Shown here one piece after another: positions 60,793 through 64,000 of a DNA stretch of 64,000 nt (the first letter of the stretch is position 1; each line of letters begins with the position of its first letter). The stretch is from a virus, in the IMG/VR virus record IMGVR_UViG_3300022719_000329, positions 1 through 64,000 of that record; one strand, given 5' to 3'. The notes beneath the pieces are model-generated. The model was not told the DNA's origin, searched no databases, and saw only the letters and a program-made list of their open reading frames with translations. A program made the translations under genes and the position numbers.

Positions 60793-61053
60793 ATGAAGAT
60801 TCAAGAGGCGATCAAAGCCTGCCAGAGCAAGGAAGGCCTGTTCGCCCGGCCTCGGAACTGGCAAGGCCAAGGTGAAGCCGTCGATCTCGGCCAGCACATG
60901 AACCAGGAGCGGGCGATGCGTGTCGCACCCATGTCCCACCGAGCTCTCCACGGCCACGAATGGCGACCGATTGCCGCCGATCTCCTGGACGCATGGGAGC
61001 TGGTAGAGCTCAGCACCCTGGTAGGTGAAGTAATCGAAGACGATCTCACCTAG
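60793..61053 (+). CDS. DUF2829 / Tad2-like protein
   Basis: 86 aa; MKIQEAIKACQSKEGLFARPRNWQGQG N-terminus and EWRPIAADLLDAWELV C-terminus fit the DUF2829 pattern. Confidence 0.5.
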   Translation: MKIQEAIKACQSKEGLFARPRNWQGQGEAVDLGQHMNQERAMRVAPMSHRALHGHEWRPIAADLLDAWELVELSTLVGEVIEDDLT

Positions 61054-61073
61054 ATTTTCTTGGTACCTTGACG

Positions 61074-61079
61074 TATAAT
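61074..61079 (+). promoter_or_regulatory. consensus -10 hexamer TATAAT upstream of pup
   Basis: TATAAT lies 47 nt upstream of the GTG at 61126; no correctly spaced -35 (TTGACG abuts it). Confidence 0.35.
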
Positions 61080-61125
61080 TCCTCTTGCGGGTTAGACTAA
61101 CTAACCTGCAAAGGAGGTGAGCCAA

Positions 61126-61317
61126 GTGAGCGAACGAGTCCAAAAGGACCGCCCGGCCGAGAAGACCGAGGAGCAGGGCGAGAAGACCGAACCCAAGGAC
61201 CTACACAATGAAGAACTCGAAGCGGCGACGGACGACCTCATCGACGCGATCGACGAGGTCCTCGAGGAAAACGCGGAGCAGTTCGTCAAATCGTATATAC
61301 AAAGAGGGGGACAATAG
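61126..61317 (+). CDS. pup: prokaryotic ubiquitin-like protein Pup
   Basis: 63 aa from the GTG after AAGGAGGT-N7; C-terminal TDDLIDAIDEVLEENAEQFVKSYIQRGGQ versus M. tuberculosis Pup TDDLLDEIDDVLEENAEDFVRAYVQKGGQ (from memory); disordered acidic N-half; ends GGQ. Confidence 0.9.
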   Translation: MSERVQKDRPAEKTEEQGEKTEPKDLHNEELEAATDDLIDAIDEVLEENAEQFVKSYIQRGGQ

Positions 61318-61351
61318 TATAACTTACACAGAATCTTCTTGACTTTCTTTG

Positions 61352-61357
61352 TATAAT
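61352..61357 (+). promoter_or_regulatory. -10 hexamer TATAAT upstream of the EndoVII gene
   Basis: TATAAT lies 47 nt upstream of the ATG at 61404; TTGACT sits only 7 nt upstream, so it is not a canonical -35. Confidence 0.3.
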
Positions 61358-61403
61358 CTCGTATCCTTCTTGTGGGAGCGCAGCTCCCCAGGAGGATATT
61401 GTT

Positions 61404-62057
61404 ATGGCTGTCAAAGATATTGTAGGAGAAAGATTTCATAGATTAGTAGTACTGTCTAGAGAACCTAACGACAAACACTATTCCGCTATGTGGCTTTGCC
61501 GTTGTGATTGCGGCGAGACCAAAGTAGTTCAGGGAAAGGCGCTGCGTAGAGGATATATAAAGTCTTGTGGCTGTCTGCGGAAAGAACAATCTGCGGAAAA
61601 CGCGAAAACGAGAAAGCGAAGACCTGTCACCGATTGGAGCCAGAGGCAAGAAAAGTACTGTCCTTGTTGTGAGAATACATTACCTGTCGAAGATTTTGGA
61701 AAAAACCGGTCTTCCTACGATGGATTTACGGGGTATTGCAAGAAGTGCCATAGGAACAAAGGGTACGAGAACAGAAAGAAAAACTGGGGGAGTTCTAGGC
61801 ACTATCATCTAACTCGAAGGTATGGCATCTCCGCAGAAGAAGCTGATGCTTTGCTGGAAAACCAAGGGAATATCTGCGCCATTTGTCAGCAGCCTGCCAA
61901 TCCCCAACTGAAAAAACCCTGGCACATAGACCATGACCACAAGACAGGAAAGGTACGGGGAATACTCTGCCATTCCTGTAATACAGCGTTGGGAAACTTC
62001 AACGATGATCCAGAAATACTGGATAGAGCGCTGGATTACGTGAAGAAAAGAAAGTGA
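61404..62057 (+). CDS. endonuclease VII-family (His-Me/HNH) nuclease, homing-type
   Basis: 217 aa; CAIC...HIDHDHKTGKVRGILCHSCNTALG; N-terminal GERFHRLVVL..CRCDCG..SCGC module; AT-richer than its surroundings. Confidence 0.8.
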   Translation: MAVKDIVGERFHRLVVLSREPNDKHYSAMWLCRCDCGETKVVQGKALRRGYIKSCGCLRKEQSAENAKTRKRRPVTDWSQRQEKYCPCCENTLPVEDFGKNRSSYDGFTGYCKKCHRNKGYENRKKNWGSSRHYHLTRRYGISAEEADALLENQGNICAICQQPANPQLKKPWHIDHDHKTGKVRGILCHSCNTALGNFNDDPEILDRALDYVKKRK

Positions 62058-62113
62058 AATGTGACGAACTCTTCTAAAGCGTCCCCGTTTGGGGCGCCGC
62101 TGAAGGGAGACCC

Positions 62114-62293
62114 ATGCCCACCCGAATGAAGTTCAAGGAGCGGCGAGCCATCCGCCGCAACGAAGCCGCCGGGCGCCAGCAAGAACGCGAACAGCGCGGG
62201 GATGCTGGGCAGCTCAAGCGTCTGGAACAGCAAGGTTTCGGTGAATGCCGAGAGGCCAAGCGCCTGCGCCAGAAGCTGGCCAAAGGCGCATGA
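62114..62293 (+). CDS. small basic protein (59 aa)
   Basis: GC3-rich; GGGAGA SD; below the track cutoff; antisense to the listed 62074-62553 ORF. Confidence 0.35.
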   Translation: MPTRMKFKERRAIRRNEAAGRQQEREQRGDAGQLKRLEQQGFGECREAKRLRQKLAKGA

Positions 62294-62541
62294 GCCTCAT
62301 CATCTCCAAGACCGACTATACCGAGGTTTACTGCGAAGATGCGAAAGTCACTAACGGTATGGTGACTGCTTATACCTATTGGGACAACGGCCGCCACTTC
62401 GTGCGAGAAGTCGTGGGGAAGTTTCCACTCAAGGACGTCGAGAGTCTGAACTGGGACAGCCATAGCCCGCTGCTCTCCACCACCGAGCCCACCAGGCGCT
62501 CGTGGGTTTCCCGCCTGCTGGGCTGCCTGGGCTGGCGATAA
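62290..62541 (+). CDS. hypothetical protein
   Basis: 83 aa; ATGA overlap with the upstream micro-ORF. Confidence 0.4.
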   Translation: MSLIISKTDYTEVYCEDAKVTNGMVTAYTYWDNGRHFVREVVGKFPLKDVESLNWDSHSPLLSTTEPTRRSWVSRLLGCLGWR

Positions 62542-62560
62542 AGTACCAGCCACCCTTCCC

Positions 62561-62589
62561 TTGACATAGCGGGGACGATAGCATATAAT
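62561..62589 (+). promoter_or_regulatory. perfect sigma70 consensus promoter TTGACA-17-TATAAT
   Basis: TTGACAtagcggggacgatagcaTATAAT, 86 nt upstream of the phosphatase ATG. Confidence 0.6.
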
Positions 62590-62590
62590 T

Positions 62591-62659
62591 CCCTTACGCT
62601 GCAGTAAGGGCGCCCTTTGCAGGGACTAGGTGCAATGCCTGGTCCCTGCTACTCTTTTT
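62591..62659 (+). promoter_or_regulatory. structured leader with terminator-like hairpin (attenuator candidate)
   Basis: CCCTTAC/GTAAGGG hairpin, AAGGGCGCCCTT palindrome allowing alternative pairing, then the 12-bp stem GCAGGGACTAGG/CCTGGTCCCTGC followed by CTCTTTTT. Confidence 0.4.
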
Positions 62660-62674
62660 CGACGAGGAGATAAC

Positions 62675-63436
62675 ATGGCTACCTACGCCATCGGTGATAT
62701 ACACGGCTGCTTGGATGAACTGAAGCACCTCATCCAGACTCTTCAAGAGAAGGCCGGATTGTCATCCGCCGACCGTCTGGTGTTTGTTGGTGATTATATA
62801 GATCGAGGACCCGATTCCAAGGGCGTAATCGATTATCTGATTCAACTCCAAGGGCGATATCCGTGTATTTTCCTGATGGGAAACCATGAAGACATGATGC
62901 TTTGGTACCTAGGTATTCGCCATGGGTCTAAGATTAGTTTAAGTGATGCTAGCCAAAGAGCGGGCGCTTGGCTTCCTAATGGGGGCCGGCAGACTCTAAC
63001 TAGTTACGGTATAGACATTATCGACTATTTCAATTCAGGCGGCGTCCACGATCAGCTGGCGTCTGATCTGGTTCCCAAATTTATCCCCAGGAATCATATA
63101 GAATTCCTACGCAACCTGTCGTATCACTATATCCAAGATTCAATTCTATTCGTTCACGCCGGGATAGGGCCTTGGGCCGTGGATTCGGAATCGGCTACTG
63201 AAGCCTTGGAGAGATCGACAGAATGGGATCTCCTCTGGGATAGAAGTTCGTACGGAAAGCCAAACGATTTCGGAACTTTGGTTTACGGGCACACCCCGTC
63301 CAAGAACGGAGTACGGTGGCTTAGCCGTGATGAAGACCAGCCTCCCTATTCTGTAGGTATTGACGTAGGTTGTGTGTTCGGATGTAATCCGCTGACAGCC
63401 GTACGTATAGAAGACTGGCAAGAGTTTACTTATTAG
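62675..63436 (+). CDS. PPP-family Ser/Thr phosphatase / ApaH-PrpE-like metallophosphoesterase
   Basis: 253 aa; GDIHGC, GDYIDRGPDS, GNHE motifs I-III; GAGGAGA SD. Confidence 0.85.
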   Translation: MATYAIGDIHGCLDELKHLIQTLQEKAGLSSADRLVFVGDYIDRGPDSKGVIDYLIQLQGRYPCIFLMGNHEDMMLWYLGIRHGSKISLSDASQRAGAWLPNGGRQTLTSYGIDIIDYFNSGGVHDQLASDLVPKFIPRNHIEFLRNLSYHYIQDSILFVHAGIGPWAVDSESATEALERSTEWDLLWDRSSYGKPNDFGTLVYGHTPSKNGVRWLSRDEDQPPYSVGIDVGCVFGCNPLTAVRIEDWQEFTY

Positions 63437-63440
63437 ATGT

Positions 63441-63516
63441 TGCCGGGTAGCACAACTGGCAGTGCGCAAGGCTCTGAACCTTGAGGTTGCGGGTTCGACT
63501 CCCGCCCCGGCATCCA
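63441..63516 (+). tRNA. tRNA-Gln (anticodon CUG), CCA encoded
   Basis: Hand-folded cloverleaf: acceptor TGCCGGG/CCCGGCA (U1-A72), D stem GCAC/GTGC with GG loop, anticodon stem CAAGG/CCTTG with loop CTCTGAA, T stem GCGGG/CCCGC with loop TTCGACT, then TCCA. Confidence 0.9.
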
Positions 63517-63570
63517 GTATGAGAAGATAAGATTACCTATAATAGATCTCTCACAGATCTGGGAGGCTAC

Positions 63571-63813
63571 ATGAGCCACACCAACCAAGAGGCGCGCCGA
63601 GAACTGGACGAGACGCTCCAGCGGCTGCGCCACAAGTACCCCGATCTCCGCCTGACCCAGTTGATCGGGAACGCAGTCCCGCCTCCGGAGGCTACCCGGC
63701 GCGGGAACGATCTGTATTACGTCACCGACGAAGATCTTCTGGGCTGGCTGCGCCAGTACGAAGCCAAGATCGACGAGCTGCGCCGGGAGCGTCAGGGGGA
63801 TCAGCATGCGTGA
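63571..63813 (+). CDS. hypothetical protein
   Basis: 80 aa; GGGAGG SD; TATAAT at 63538-63543 and the AGATCTctcacAGATCT inverted repeat lie upstream. Confidence 0.45.
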   Translation: MSHTNQEARRELDETLQRLRHKYPDLRLTQLIGNAVPPPEATRRGNDLYYVTDEDLLGWLRQYEAKIDELRRERQGDQHA

Positions 63814-64000
63814 GCCGGCCTCTTGGATCGACCCCGGCCTGGGAATCCTCGGGAATCTCTGCCGGCTACTGACCCTTCTATTTCTGCTGATAGGTGCTAT
63901 GGCCTTGGGCCCGTGGCTTTTCGAGTTGGCTTCGGGCCAACCCATGGGGATCGCCGTATTCCTTGTCTACATGATCTTCTTGTACTGCTGGGGATTCAAG
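63806..64000 (+). CDS. membrane protein, 3-prime partial at the window edge
   Basis: ATG overlaps the upstream stop (ATGCGTGA); hydrophobic helices; runs off the window. Confidence 0.4.
   Translation, partial: MREPASWIDPGLGILGNLCRLLTLLFLLIGAMALGPWLFELASGQPMGIAVFLVYMIFLYCWGFK

Noticed and set aside
61068-61073. TTGACG as the -35 element of the pup promoter
   Set aside because: It directly abuts the TATAAT (spacer 0 instead of ~17). Only the -10 is retained, as in -10-dominated promoters.
63441-63516. tRNA gene as evidence of an integration (att) site or prophage boundary
   Set aside because: There is no integrase or recombinase, no direct repeat of the tRNA 3-prime end was seen, and virus-like genes continue on both sides. 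It is interpreted as an element-encoded tRNA.

Overview
Virus-like window (tailed phage or large mobile element) with two arms. All function calls come from reading motifs by eye; no searches or computations were run. Left arm (1-35.5 kb): visibly AT-richer, about 70 tightly packed ORFs, all on the minus strand, with sigma70-consensus promoters. It carries a 1152-aa repeat-rich tail-fibre-like protein and lysis-type genes (SLT transglycosylase, holin-like proteins, a lipoprotein). It also holds a large auxiliary set: dUTPase plus a degenerate dUTPase-fold paralog, NDK, MazG, DeoC, 5'(3')-deoxyribonucleotidase, a nucleoside deoxyribosyltransferase-like protein, a GMP-reductase/IMPDH-family enzyme, family-4 UDG, clamp loader (DnaX plus delta-like), an actin-like ATPase, a cold-shock protein, both peptide deformylase and methionine aminopeptidase, a patatin-like phospholipase, an FAD oxidoreductase, GNAT and HNH. 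Right arm (35.7-64 kb): GC-rich, about 75 mostly small ORFs, all on the plus strand, punctuated by two recurring promoter-like motifs and GC-hairpin terminators. It encodes four SpoVG-fold paralogs, SSB, a Pif1/RecD helicase, a secreted SNase nuclease, a SLOG/DprA-like protein, DUF4326, a macro domain, a DUF2829/Tad2-like protein, HNH and EndoVII nucleases, a lambda-type phosphatase, tRNA-Gln(CUG) and a chain of translationally coupled micro membrane ORFs. Most notably it encodes a stand-alone prokaryotic ubiquitin-like protein (Pup, ending GGQ). No capsid, portal, terminase, integrase or DNA polymerase was recognised in the window.
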